From Scyliorhinus canicula (taxonomy: Eukaryota): a stretch of 64,000 nucleotides of DNA. The notes beneath the pieces were generated by a model. It had not been told where the DNA came from. It made no database searches and saw nothing but the letters and a program-made list of their open reading frames with translations. This document shows, piece by piece, positions 13,765 to 26,600 of the stretch. The stretch is from contig NC_052146.1 of the NCBI RefSeq assembly GCF_902713615.1, forward strand, positions 291,222,000 through 291,285,999, in the 5' to 3' direction. Each line of letters opens with the position of its first letter. Position 1 is the stretch's first letter. The translations under genes and the position numbers were made by a program.

Positions 13765-14610
13765 ATGGTCGGTACTCGGAGTGGGGCGACAAAAAAAGCG
13801 GCAGCAGCTCCCCGAAAAAAGCGGGGGAAGAGGACCAAAATGGCGGCCGGTGGCGCACTAGAAGATTGGAGAAAATGGGCGGAGGAGCAGCAGGCCGCTC
13901 TCCTCCGGTGTTTTACGGAGCTGAAAGTGGAACTCTTAGAGTCTATGAACGCGACGACCACAAGGCTGATGGGGGCCCAGGCGACCCAAGAGGCGTCGAT
14001 AAGAGAGCTGCAGCAGGAGATGACTGCAAGGGAGGAGGAGGCCACGGTCCTCGTGGGAAAGGTGGAGGTGCACGAGGCACTCCACCTGAAATGGCAGAGC
14101 CGCTTTGAGGAGCTGGACACTCGAATGAGGCGGAAGAACTTGAGGATCCTGGGCCTAGCAGAAGGCCTGGAGGGGCCTGATCTCCCGAAATATGTAGCGG
14201 AGATGCTGAGCTCCCTGATGGGAGAGGGGGCCGGTCCATCGCCTCTGGAGCTGGAAGAAGCATATCGGGTCATGGCTAGGCGGCCTAGGGCGAACGAGCC
14301 CCCGAGGGCGGTGCTGGTGCGATTCCAGCGTTTCTGTGATCGGGAGAAAGTGCTGAGGTGGGCCAAGCGGGAGAAAAGCAGCAAATGGGAGAATTCGACG
14401 GTGCGGATATATCAGGACTGGAGTGCGGAGGTGGCAAAGCGGCGGGCCCGGTTTAACCGGACGAAGGCAGTGCTGCACGCAAAAAGGATCAAGTTTGGAA
14501 TGCTGCAGCCAGCGCGCTTGTGGGTCACCTACAAGGACCAGCACCATTACTTTGAGACCCCAGAGGAGGCATGGACTTTTGTTCGGGAGGAAAAGCTGGA
14601 CCTGAACTAG
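13765..14610 (+). CDS. L1 ORF1p (coiled coil-RRM-CTD, Transposase_22-like)
   Basis: Uninterrupted frame with a coiled coil and the motifs RRKNLRILGL, PPRAVLVRF and IYQD. First in-frame ATG at 13765; alternative ATG at 13840. Confidence 0.9.
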   Translation: MVGTRSGATKKAAAAPRKKRGKRTKMAAGGALEDWRKWAEEQQAALLRCFTELKVELLESMNATTTRLMGAQATQEASIRELQQEMTAREEEATVLVGKVEVHEALHLKWQSRFEELDTRMRRKNLRILGLAEGLEGPDLPKYVAEMLSSLMGEGAGPSPLELEEAYRVMARRPRANEPPRAVLVRFQRFCDREKVLRWAKREKSSKWENSTVRIYQDWSAEVAKRRARFNRTKAVLHAKRIKFGMLQPARLWVTYKDQHHYFETPEEAWTFVREEKLDLN

Positions 14611-15393
14611 AACTTGGGAACGCCGGCGGTCGAGGCCGCCCGAGTACCCTTGACTGATCAAGTGGCCCATGTCTTTCTTAGGCCAGGTCGGAACTTGGTT
14701 AAAGTTGATGGATCGTTTGGTTTCTTTGAAACTTGTGTTATGGGGGGTTTCTTTGTTCCTTTTTGTGTGTCTCTTCCCGTTGCCAACTTCCCTTAATTAT
14801 TGTTGTTGTAGGGGGGGCTTTTTTACTGTTTTTTGATCTGTTCTTTAAGGGTTATGGTTACTGTTCTGTTCGATGGAGGGTGATGGTTAAATACGTTATT
14901 ATTGGGTAGTTATTTAGTTATGCAGGCATAGTTATGTATTTATGTATTTATTTGAGATTTGTTATTTATATTGTTATATTGTTAAGTTGGGGAGGCGGGA
15001 CGGGGGGGGGTGCAAGTTGGTTATGCGTGTTTTCTTTTTCTCTTTTTCTTCCTCTCGTTTTAAGGGGGCTTTTTTATGGGCTTGGATGGGGACGGGGGTG
15101 GAATTGAAGATGGCGGGGTAGGGTGTGGCCGGGCGAAAGCGCGGGCTTTCCCCTGTTTCCCGCGCGCGGGACGGAGGAAGGGGGAGGAGAGAAGAGTGGG
15201 GTGTGGCCAGCAATGGCGGCTTTTCCCGCGCTGAAGCGGGGTCAGAGAGGGATGGCAAGGGGGGGGGGGGGGGGGAGGCCCTCCCCCCCACATCGGGAGG
15301 AGTCGGAGTGTGGCAGGGGCAGCCGGGTCAGCAAAAATCAGCTGACTCTCGGGAGTACGATGGTGGATACACCGCGGCTAGGAGGGGTCCTAG

Positions 15394-15434
<41 letters not shown>

Positions 15435-15584
15435 GGGGGGTTAGGGGGGATACCGGGTTGCTGCTGGAAAGGCCGAGGACGGGAAGGGAAGAACGGGAGG
15501 AGAGAGGGGGGGGGGGGGGGGGGCATCGCCATGGGGAGCGGGTCAGAAGGGGAGGGTCGACCCGGGGCGAACAGGGGACAGGAC

Positions 15585-18500
15585 ATGGCTAATAGACAGG
15601 GGAAAGGGACAGGTCGCTCCGCGACCCGGTTGATTACTTGGAACGTGAGGGGGCTGAATGGGCCGGTCAAGAGAGCAAGGGTTTTTTCACACCTAAAGGG
15701 ACTGCAGGCGGATGTGGCAATGTTGCAGGAGACTCACTTGAGAGTAGTAGACCAGGTACGCCTGAGAAGGGGGTGGGTGGGACAGGTGTTCCACTCAGGC
15801 TTGGACGCAAAGAACCGGGGGGGTGGCGATTTTGGTGGGAAAGAGGGTGTCGTTTGTGGCGGCGCAGGTGGTAGCAGATAAGGAGGGTAGGTACGTGATG
15901 GTGAAGGGTAGGCTGCAGGGAGAGAATGTGGTGCTGGTGAATGTGTATGCCCCGAATTGGGATGACGCGGGTTTTATGAGGCGCCTGTTGGGCCTCATTC
16001 CGGGTCTGGAGGCAGGGGGCCTGATCATGGGGGGGGACTTCAATACAGTGCTCGACCCTGGGCTGGACAGATCGAGTTCCAGGACGAATAGGAGGCCGGC
16101 AGCGGCAGAGGTGCTAAGGGGGTTCATGGAGCAGATGGGGGGGGTAGACCCTTGGAGATTTGGCAGGCCAAGGGCGAGGGAGTATTCTTTTTTCTCCCAC
16201 GTCCACAGGGTGTACTCCAGAATAGACTTTTTTGTACTGAGCAGGGGGCTGATTTCGAGAGTGCAGGACACGGAGTACTCGGCCATTGCGATTTCGGACC
16301 ATGCACCACACTGGGTAGAGGTAGAACTGGGGGAAGCACGGGACCAGCGCCCGTTGTGGCGCCTGGATGTGGGGCTGCTGGCGGACGATGAGGTGTGCGG
16401 AAGGGTCCGGAAGGGCATTGAGAGATATCTGGGCACGAACGACACGGGCGAGGTGAAGGTGGGGGTAGTCTGGGAGGCCCTGAAAGCAGTGATCAGAGGA
16501 GAGCTGATCTCCATAAGGGCACACAGAGAAAGGAAGGAGAGGCAGGAGAGGGAGAGACTGGTGGGGGAACTTATAGAAGTGGACAGGAGATATGCGGAGA
16601 CACCAGAGGAGGGGCTGTTGAGGGAGCGGCGCAGTTTACAGGCCCAGTTTGACCTACTGACCACTAGGAAGGCGGAGACGCAATGGAGAAGGGCACAGGG
16701 CGCGGTCTATGAGTACGGGGAAAAGGCGAGCAGGATGCTAGCACACCAGCTGCGCAAGCGAGAGGCAGCCAGAGAGATTGGGGGAGTGAGAGAGAAGGGA
16801 GGGAACGTAGTGCAGAAGGGGCAAGAGGTGAACGGGGTCTTCAGGGATTTCTACAGGGAATTGTACCGGTCTGAGCCGCCCAGGAGGAGGGGGGGAATGG
16901 AGAACTTCCTCGATAGATTGAGGTTCCCAAAGGTCCAGGAGGAACGGGTGGAGGGGCTGGGGGCGCCGATAGAGCTGCAGGAGCTAGTTAAAGGGATAGG
17001 CCAGATGCAGGTGGGGAAGGCGCCGGGGCCGGATGGGTTCCCGGTGGAATTTTATAAGAAGTATGTGGACTTGGTGGGTCCAGTGCTGGTGCGAGCCTTC
17101 AATGAGGCGCGGGAGGGGGGGGTTCTGCCCCCGACAATGTCACAGGCCCTGATCTCCTTGATCCTGAAGCGGGACAAAGACCCTGTACAGTGCGGGTCCT
17201 ACAGGCCTATCTCCCTCTTGAATGTAGATGCCAAACTGTTGGCAAAGGTCCTGGCAACCAGAATAGAGGATTGTGTGCCAGGGGTAATCCATGAGGACCA
17301 GACGGGGTTCGTAAAGGGACGACAACTTAACACAAATGTCCGGAGACTGTTGAATGTGATTATGATGCCAGCAGTGGAGGGGGAGGCTGAGATAGTGGTA
17401 GCACTGGATGCGGAGAAGGCATTCGATAGGGTGGAGTGGGAATACCTGTGGGAGACGCTGGAACGGTTTGGGTTTGGGGAGGGATTTATCAAGTGGGTGA
17501 AGCTGCTGTATTCGGCCCCGATGGCGAGTGTGGTTACAAACGGGAGGAGGTCAGAGTATTTTGGGCTCCATCGAGGTACCAGGCAGGGATGCCCCCTATC
17601 CCCCTTACTATTTGCATTAGCGATCGAACCGTTGGCGATGGCACTGAGGGGTTCAGGGGGGTGGAGAGGACTGACAAGGGGAGGGGAGGAACATCGGGTA
17701 TCACTCTATGCGGATGATTTGTTGTTATATGTGGCGGACCCGGAAGGGGGAATGCCGGAGGTAATGGAAATACTAGCGGAGTTTGGGGACTTTTCGGGAT
17801 ATAAATTAAATGTGGGTAAAAGTGAGGTCTTTGTGATACACCCGGGAGATCAGGGGGAGGGAATTGGGCGGCTCCCCTTTAAGAGAGCAGTAAAGAGCTT
17901 CAGGTACTTGGGGGTGCAGGTGGCAAGGAACTGGGGGACCCTCCACAAGCTGAACTTTTCAAGGCTGGTGGAGCAGATGGAGGAGGAGTTCAAGAGGTGG
18001 GACATGGTACCGCTGTCGCTAGCAGGGAGGGTGCAGTCAGTCAAAATGACGGTCCTCCCGAGGTTCTTGTTTCTGTTTCAGTGCTTGCCCATCTTTCTCC
18101 CCAGGGCCTTCTTCAAGAAGGTAACTAGCAGCATTATGGGCTATGTGTGGGCACATGGCACCCCTAGAGTGAGAAGGATTTTCTTGGAACGGAGTAGGGA
18201 CAGGGGAGGATTAGCGCTGCCCAATCTTTCCGGATACTACTGGGCGGCGAACGCATCGATGGTGCGCAAGTGGGTGATGGAGGGGGAGGGGGCAGCTTGG
18301 AAACGTATGGAGAGGGCGTCCTGCGGCAATACAAGCCTGGGGGCGCTAGTAACGGCACCATGGCCGCTCCCCCCCACAAGGTATACCACGAGTCCGGTAG
18401 TGGCGGCCACCCTGAAAATCTGGGGGCAGTGGAGGCGACACAGGGGGGAAGTGGGGGGTCTGATGGCGGCGCCACTGAGAGGGAACCACAGATTTGTCCC

Positions 18501-19380
18501 GGGGAACACTGGCGGGGGATTCCAGAGCTGGCACAGGGCGGGCATCAGGCAACTGAGGGACATGTTCATAGAGGGGAGGTTTGCGAGCCTGGGAGAGCTG
18601 GAGGAGAAATTTGAGCTCCCCCCGGGGAACACGTTTAGATACCTGCAGGTGAAGGCATTTGCCAGACGACAGGTGGAAGGATTTCCCTTGCTTCCCGATA
18701 GAGGGGTGAGTGATAGGGTGCTGTCAGGGGTCTGGGTCGGAGAAGGGAAGGTCTCGGACATCTACAAAATAATGCAGGAGGTGGAGGAGGTATCGATAGA
18801 GGAGCTGAAAGACAAGTGGGAAGCGGAGCTGGGAGAGCAGATAGAAGATGGGACATGGGCGGATGCCTTAGAGAGGGTCAATTCGTCGTCGTCGTGCGCA
18901 AGGTTGGGCCTCATCCAATTTAAGGTGCTGCACAGAGCCCATATGACGGGGACTAGGATGAGTCGGTTCTTCGGGGGTGAGGACAGGTGTGTTAGGTGTT
19001 CGGGAAGCCCTGCGAACCATGTACATATGTTCTGGATGTGCCCGGCACTCGAAGAGTTCTGGGAGGGGGTGGCGGGGACGGTATCGAGAGTGGTGGGAAC
19101 CAGGGTCAAACCAGGGTGGGGGCTAGCGATTTTTGGGGTTGGGGTGGAGCCAGGAGTACAGGAGGCAAGGGAGGCCGGAATATTGGCCTTTGCGTCCTTG
19201 GTAGCTCGGAGAAGGATCTTGATTCAGTGGAGGGACACAAGGCCACCAAGTGTTAACACCTGGTTAAACGACATGGCAAGCTTCATCCAATTGGAAAGAA
19301 TCAAATTCGCCCTGAGAGGGTCGGTACAGGGGTTCTTCCGGCGGTGGCAGCCCTTCCTTGACTTTCTGGATCAGAGATAG
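15585..19380 (+). CDS. L1 ORF2p (APE-RT-CCHC) with one +1 G frameshift at 15817-15823
   Basis: The N-terminus MANRQG...LITWNVRGLN...LQETH is in one frame. The rest (GGDFN, SDH, GTRQGCPLSP, YADD, CVRC...HVHMFWMC) is in another. Removing one G from the G7 run restores NRGVAIL. Confidence 0.92.
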
Positions 19381-21065
19381 GACCTGGAGGCCGAAACAGC
19401 AGCAACCCGGGGAGAAAGGGGGGGGGGGGGGGGGGAAGGGAGGGGGGGGGGGGATAGCAACGAAGGGAGCACGTCAGCGGGGGGTCGCGGGCAATGACCT
19501 GCCCGAGGCCATCGGCAGAAAGGGAAAAACGGTTTGGTTGCTAGACGGGTAGCGCGGGGGGGGGGGGGGGGGGGGGCGGGAGAAGAGGGTGGGGGGGTGC
19601 GCGCGGGGGAGGGCGTGGGGAGGATTTTCCAGGGGGGATTTGTTGTGTTATAATTTAAAATGTAGTAGGGGTAAATGTTTGTATCGATAAATTTCAATAA
19701 AAATTATTTTTAAAAAAAAGAATTTAAAATCAGGTTAGAGGTGACACTACCTTTCCAAAGTATAAAAATATAAAGCACTAGAAGAGTTAACTCTAAAAAA
19801 AACATGATTTGATGAAGAAAATACTTCTGAAATTTGCTTCACCTCTTAAAAAAACGTTTTCAGCTACCAAATATCGATGGTTTTAAAAACGTTGAAACAC
19901 TTTCTATTCTTTACTTGAAAACAAAAGACAATTCTTAAACAATGTTGTTCGCTAAACAGCTGCTGAGAGTTCAACATATTCTGAATTTTACTTATGACGC
20001 TTGAACAGCAGTGGTTTAGTTCAAACTCATGGGGAATCCCAATTACAAGAATTGCACTTCTCCATTGTACAACAAAAATGTGCACTGTCTAATCAGAGAT
20101 CATCAACATGCAACCCTTTCAATTGTGACCAATTGGTTCAAAAAGAGTCACAGCATAAATCCTTCAGTTCACTATAATCAGTTACCCAGAGAACCTATAG
20201 CTCCTCTCCTATTACTGTATAAGATTTGCTGAATCTACGTGATTGAAGTCAAGGAACAATAACTGGTGTTGCATTTAAAACATTGAACGAAGGAGACAGG
20301 AAATCATATAGACAACTCGGACGTACATACAGAAATAATGGATTAAACTGGGGAAAGTAAAGTAAAAATGTATACTTATATCAAACCTTTAACATCGTCC
20401 CCAGGCATTTCACATGAGCACTATAAAACCTCTAGCCACATAAGTGGATAGATAATAGATTTGGTGACCAAAGGCTTGACCTAAGAAGGACATTTTAAAG
20501 GAAGAAAGAGAAGCAGAGAAAAATTAGGGAAGGAATGCCTGAGCTTGGGGCATTCCACTGCAAAAGTACGTCATTGGCTGTAAATTGCTTCGGGACATCC
20601 TGGAGATGGTGAAAGACGCTGCCCAAGTGAAATACAATTTTTTTTTAAATTTATCCTTCTCAACAGCAAAGAGCAAAATGGTTTATACAATGTATCCTGG
20701 CTGGTTCAGATCAGCATACTTTCAAATGACAGCAAAAGAGGCTGACTTCCTTGGTTATACGAAAGGAAGTGGAAAACCTCTTTGACTAGAACAAGGCCAA
20801 TTTCTACAACATAAAAAAAAACTATCCTCGGGAAAGTAGAAAGAAAAACAGATAGATCCAAAAGTGGACAAACAATGGAAATAATGGGGTTGATCTCAAC
20901 AGGGAGTGCTGGGTACACATGGCATTTGTGATGCCAGGGATGCAGGCTGAAAGAAGATCCACATGCTCTTGCATCAAATGGCAGTTCTCTCTTCTTCCCC
21001 TCCCCCACCAACCCATTTTCCTTTCTATTTACTGCCACATCAGCTCAATGGAACGAGGCAATAAT

Positions 21066-21146
21066 GCTTGAAGGTTAAATACAGCTTTGTGCTCCGAAGT
21101 GGTGGACTATGAGTGCGGAGCACAAAGCTGTATTTAATCTTCAAGC
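21066..21146. repeat. 31-bp inverted repeat (hairpin, 19-nt loop)
   Basis: GCTTGAAGGTTAAATACAGCTTTGTGCTCCG (21066-21096) pairs with CGGAGCACAAAGCTGTATTTAATCTTCAAGC (21116-21146), with one G-T mismatch. Confidence 0.95.
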
Positions 21147-22837
21147 GAGAGTAGCCCCTTTTCCGCAGGCTCTGGTGCCACTCATTTCTAACCCATCATT
21201 TATCCCAGTTGCTCAACGTTTATCTACATAATCCTTGAATTAATATTTGCTGTTATGTCACTGGAAGACTTTGGGATTAGTATTACTAAGAGGATACCGT
21301 TGGCCGCCAGATTCAGCGAGGTGGGGCTGCCTTTTCAATATGGCGACCTAATCCTCAGGAGGTCTCTCGACCCCGTGCTCTCCTGTGTTCCTTTGGAAGT
21401 GGTAAAAGCTATTTCTGCCAACATCATGCAAGTGATTGACCAAAGGTTTGAGTGTTGACCCAAAATCTATGTGCTCATGAGGCCAAGTTGCAAAGTACAA
21501 TTGCGAGGCTTGATGATATGGAGGAGAGACTCCTGCATGTTGAACATGATGCTTCCGCTGCAGAGGCAAAACTTCACTCCTTAGAAAACCAGTTGAGTGG
21601 CATACGGAGGTCCTGGAGGACTTGGAGAACTGAGGTCAGAGAAAGAATATCTGAATTCAGTCTGCCGAAAGGTGTGCGGGTAAGACCACTATTAAATTCT
21701 TCAAGGACTGGCTGTCACATTTTCTCAAGCTGGATGTGAAAGCAAAGCTTTTCAAATTAAAAACAGTGCATCGTATCTTTGAGGTCAAGAGATAGTTTTC
21801 ATCCCAGGCCCCTAATCATTCATTTCCACAATCTTAAAGATCACAATAAAATCCTGGAGACAGCACGGCGAGGTGGGACCTTGCTCTGAGGAAGTGAGGA
21901 TTTATTTTATTCCAGGACTTCGCGGCCGCTTCTTGGCGCTGATGCAGACCAAGTACCAGAGCTTCAATGACGTTCAATGGCAATTCAAGGCTGTCGGGGC
22001 GAATTAGGTTATGCTTGATCCTGCAACACTAAAAATTGTATCCGACAACTCCATCAAGTTGCTCGATTATCTGACTACTGCTTTGGCATGAGGGGCAAGG
22101 AATGGGTTGATGATTTTCCGCTCAGACTAACTCAATAATCCAGATTCTTTCCCCATCATGGTGTTGATTTTATTATCCTGTTAAAGAGAGTTGCTATAAT
22201 ATGTGCACTAATTGAAAAATGAAAAAAAAATGAAAATCGCTTCAAATGAAGTTACTGTGAAAAGCCCCTAATCGCCACATTCTGGTGCCTGTTTGGGGAG
22301 GCTGGTACGGGAATTGAACCGTGCTGCTGGCCTGCCTTGGTCTGCTTTCAAAGCCAGCGATTTAGCCGTGTTACAGTAACACTGCAATAAAGCTGCATTC
22401 ACTGCAATGAAGTCACATTCCAGCACCTGTTCAGGTAATTAGCCGGTACAGGAATTGAACCCATGCTGCTGGCCTTGTTCTTACAACAAACTAGCTGTCT
22501 AGCCCACTGAGCTAAACGAGCTTCTCAGAGAAGTCTTCTACTTCTCCTAGTGTGTTTCAGGGACTCTGATTATTTTATTGCATTATCGTATTATCTCGGC
22601 TTAGTCATGGTCCATATGCTGTGCACTTAGTATCTGTCATTTTTCTTCTTTTATCCGAGTATTATTCATGGCAGAACCAAGTGGCGCCATTGCCCACGGG
22701 TGGGTGGTGGTGGATACAGATCTTCATGGGTGGGTCTAAAATGTGGGAGGGGCGTTCCCATTCTCTAGTTGGCCTTTCTTTTCTTCTCCTTGTTCTGGAG
22801 AAGGTATCCTGATGGTAATGACAATATGGCTGTGTGT

Positions 22838-22882
<45 letters not shown>

Positions 22883-23603
22883 GTTAGGAGTCGGTCTTAA
22901 TGAGGAATGTCCCCTTGGATCTATTATGATTATTTTTTTCTTTTTTTGGTTATTATGGGAGGGTTGTTGCGTTGTTGACACAATCTTACTTTGGTACAGA
23001 CATCTTCTATGAAAGGAACGGTTTGGGGACACTTCGGTGCAAAGTGAGTTGGAGGAGGGAGGTAATGGCGCATGCCCAATTGTGGTGCGAAAATCTGGTC
23101 TTTTTCTTCTGTGGCCTAATTAATGGTGACCGCTAATCTTAACATTTTCTCATGAAATGCAAGAAGCATTAGTCACCCTATCAAAAGAAAAATGATTCTC
23201 TTTCTTAACGAGGAGATGGTCAACATAACCACCATATTGCAAGAAACTAATTTGGATAATAAGGAGCATTTAAAATTTGACTGAATGTATGGGGCAAATT
23301 TCCTTTGCACCTTTTTTCATCAAGCGGTGGGGTGTAGGGGTAGAAATTCGTATTCATAAGAATGTCCTGTTTAAGATTAAAACTTGCACTAAGGACAAGG
23401 GTGGTAGATGTGCGATCATTAGAGGTTTAGTGCATGGAGTTATTGTTTTATTAATGAACGTGTGCGATCCACCAAATTATTCCCTGGAGTTCATTATTAC
23501 GGCTTTTTTGGATTTTGCAGAGTTTGCCTCGGTTAACACGATTGTGGCTCGTGATTTTAATTGCCACCTGAACCCCCTGGCAGATAAGCTCCCGGTTACC
23601 AAG

Positions 23604-23653
<50 letters not shown>

Positions 23654-26600
23654 ACGCTGCAGGCTAGGGCATTGGCCTTAGCATGTGAAGATGTGAGTTA
23701 TGTGGATGTTTGGTGGACTTTACACCCAGAGTAGGGACTTCACTGTTTTTCAGCCCCATATCAATGTCATACTAGAATTTCTTATTTATTTATGCCAAGG
23801 AAAATCTTGCTCCTGGTCTCCTAGTGCTCCATAGGTGGCATTTCAATCTCGGACCGGTTTTGTTGGATTTTTTCCTTGAGGGTTCAGAGAACTTGGAGGT
23901 TTGATGACTCCACGTTAAGAAATACATAATTTACTAAATTTTTTAAAAATTGAGTTTCCCTCTTCATTATGCCCACTCCAGGTAACGCCCCCTCTATTTA
24001 GTTGGAGATGTGAAAGGCTTACATTAAGGGGCTGATATTGTATGCAGCTAATAAAAGGCACAAGTGCTGGAGAGCCAACTGAGACTGGCGAGTTGCTTGA
24101 CAAAGGTGGTGGAGAGTTATAAGAAGGCTTCCAATAAGCAGTTGTTGAAGGAGGTTGGTGTGGCAAGGGTGGCTTTGGACTCTTTATTGACTCAGCAGGC
24201 CACGAAAAGTTTAATGTTTGAGAGGCAGGAGTTGTAGAAATTGGGAATAAACTGAGCAAATACTTAGTCTGCTTGACAATGAAAAAGGCTGACTCCAGGA
24301 TGATGTGCTCGGTGTGGCTTGCGGGAGAGAAAAGGGTTATGAAGACAGAAGAGCTAAATGGGGCTTTTAGAGAATTACATGCGGGATCATACAAGTCTGG
24401 GCAATCTGGTGGTGAGTTGGCAGATGTGGAGCATTTCTTCTCTTCCTTGAAGCTCTCGAAGGCCTTGAAAAGCTAACATGAAGCTTTTAATGCTCTTCTT
24501 TCTCAGGAGGAGGTATCAAAGTCCATTAAGGAGCTTCAGCAGGGTAAGGAACCAAGACCTGATGGCTTTGGGTGAGAGTTTTATAGGAAGTTTCAGGGTT
24601 TGTTGTTCGACCAGTTGGGGATGTTGCCGCTGACTTCACATGAGGCTAATATTTATTTGATTCTGAAGACAAAGGACTCTGAGGAGTGTGCTTCCAATAG
24701 GTCAATATCTCTTCTGATTGTTGACTTGAAACAGTTATCTAAGGTTCTGACAAAGGCTGGAAGACATGCTTCCAACAAACATGCAGGAGGACCTGACTGG
24801 GTTTATTAGGGAAGATTTTTGAGTAATAACATTAGAAGGTATCTAGATGTGACACAGGCTTTTCAGAAGCAGACACTGTTTATTTCCCCGAGCTGCACAG
24901 AAAGCACTTGACTGAGTTGAGTGGAATCTTCTGGTTTATACGTTGGGAAGCTTTGGGATGGGGAGAATTATATTAAGTGCTTTCAATTGTTATATCATGG
25001 ACCCGTGGAAGCTGAGTTTACAAATGGTTTAAGGTCATCGAACTCTGGGTTTCAGAGGGACTAGGCAGAGTTACCCTCTGCCCCCTTGTTGTTTGTACTG
25101 GCCATTGAGCCACTGGTGGAGGCCATTAGGTTGGATCCCTTGATAGGGTTGGAATGTGGGATAAAGCAGCATAAGATCATGCTTTATGCGGATGATGTGC
25201 TACTGTTCATGTCAAATCCTGGCATTTTGGTTCCTGCCATAATTGGAGTGATGGACAGTTTTAGTGCATTTTCTGGTTACAAGATTAATTTTACTAAGTC
25301 AGAGGCCATGCCAGTAGGGCTGCTAAGGGGGTAAACTACCACCTCTTGCTAATTTCCCTTTTAGATGGTCCACCATTTGGATTTAAATATTTTAAGGTTT
25401 CCATTACCTCTTCCTTTAGACCAGTGTTTTTCAAACCTTTCTTCCTGGGACCCATTTTTACCAACCAGCCAACCTACGACGCACCATTTTTTTCTTACCT
25501 TGTTTTCCCCTGATAAAATGGAGGATTCACAATCGTGTCCAAAGCACGGACGTCGATGTTCAGTGGTTGGGGGGGGGGGGGGGGGGGGGGGGGGGTGAAC
25601 TGCTCTCTGCCTCCCTTCAGGCCGGAAAATTACATTGTATTTAAAAAATAATCTTCTCCTGCTTCTCCGATTGCGCAAACCTACCTCATCTAATAAATGG
25701 AAGGGTTCCAGATGACTTCTTAAACACCTTAGCAACCTATCCTGCTACCTTCAGGGATCTGTGGACATTCACTCCATGGTCCCTCCCTTCCTTGCCACTT
25801 CTCAGTATCCTCCCATTTATTGTGTAATTCTTTGTCTTGTTTGACCTCCCACTTCCCTGGGTTGTATTCCATTTGCTGCTTTTCCGTCCACCTGGCCAGA
25901 CCAGTAGCTGCTTCATATTTTGAAAGACATGAGGGATAAAGTATTTCCTCCGAAATCAATTTCCATGTCATTCAATTCTGATGTGTGGGCTGGTTGGCTG
26001 GCCAGAATATTCTTTTGTTCCTCCGCTTGTTTTCTCACATGCATGAATAGTGCCTTATCCTCAATTGTGTTCCAAATGAAGCAAAAATGTGGACATGTGC
26101 TGGTTGGCCAAATGTGGTGGTATATTCAATGTAATTCGGTGTAACACAGGAATTGGCTACTTAGCTGCTGGTAGCTCAGTTGGTTTTGGGATCAAAAATA
26201 GAAAAGAAATTCAAAACAGAATTAGAAAAAAAAGTACCTTCACATTTTGGGTGAAATCTCGCCTTTGAATGCTAGCTGATCAGTTTTGCTTATTGGAGCA
26301 CAGAACCACGCGGTTCTGTGCATGCGCACCGATTAGCAGGCACGCATGCTCAGTGTGCCCGCATTTTATTATATGGTCGTGCCCGTCATTGTTAAAAGCC
26401 GGCTGCTGCAGTTGTTGCGCACAAATTTGCTCAATCAGGAGCACTGCGACGGACGGTTTTGCGACCCTCCTGACACCCGCCCACGACCCACCTGCGGGTC
26501 GCGACCCCTACTTTGCAACTGCCTGCTTTAGGCAGCTATATAGGGCCAACTTCCCCTAATTGACTGTGGATATTGAGGTGTCGCTTGGTGGTCGGCGCTC

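Larger units (their letters stand above)
13617..19718 (+). mobile_element. Full-length, young L1-clade LINE (~6.1 kb)
   Basis: TSD AGAATTT(T)AAAATCAGG at 13600-13616 and 19719-19734. 5' end ACTTCCGG, then ORF1, a ~1-kb spacer, ORF2, a G-rich 3'UTR, AATAAA and an A-rich tail. Confidence 0.97.

Noticed and set aside
14974-15670. Gly- or Pro-rich ORFs in the L1 spacer
   Set aside because: They arise from G/C homopolymers. Only the part from ATG 15585 is ORF2.
13641-18761. Long antisense ORFs (247, 289 and 174 aa) over the L1
   Set aside because: These are shadow frames of GC-rich coding sequence with no recognisable domains.
23606-23653. ~48-nt poly-C tract (and similar G/C runs elsewhere) as a functional element
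   Set aside because: It lies inside a decayed LINE. Such runs are frequent in this window and their lengths may be inflated by slippage or sequencing error.
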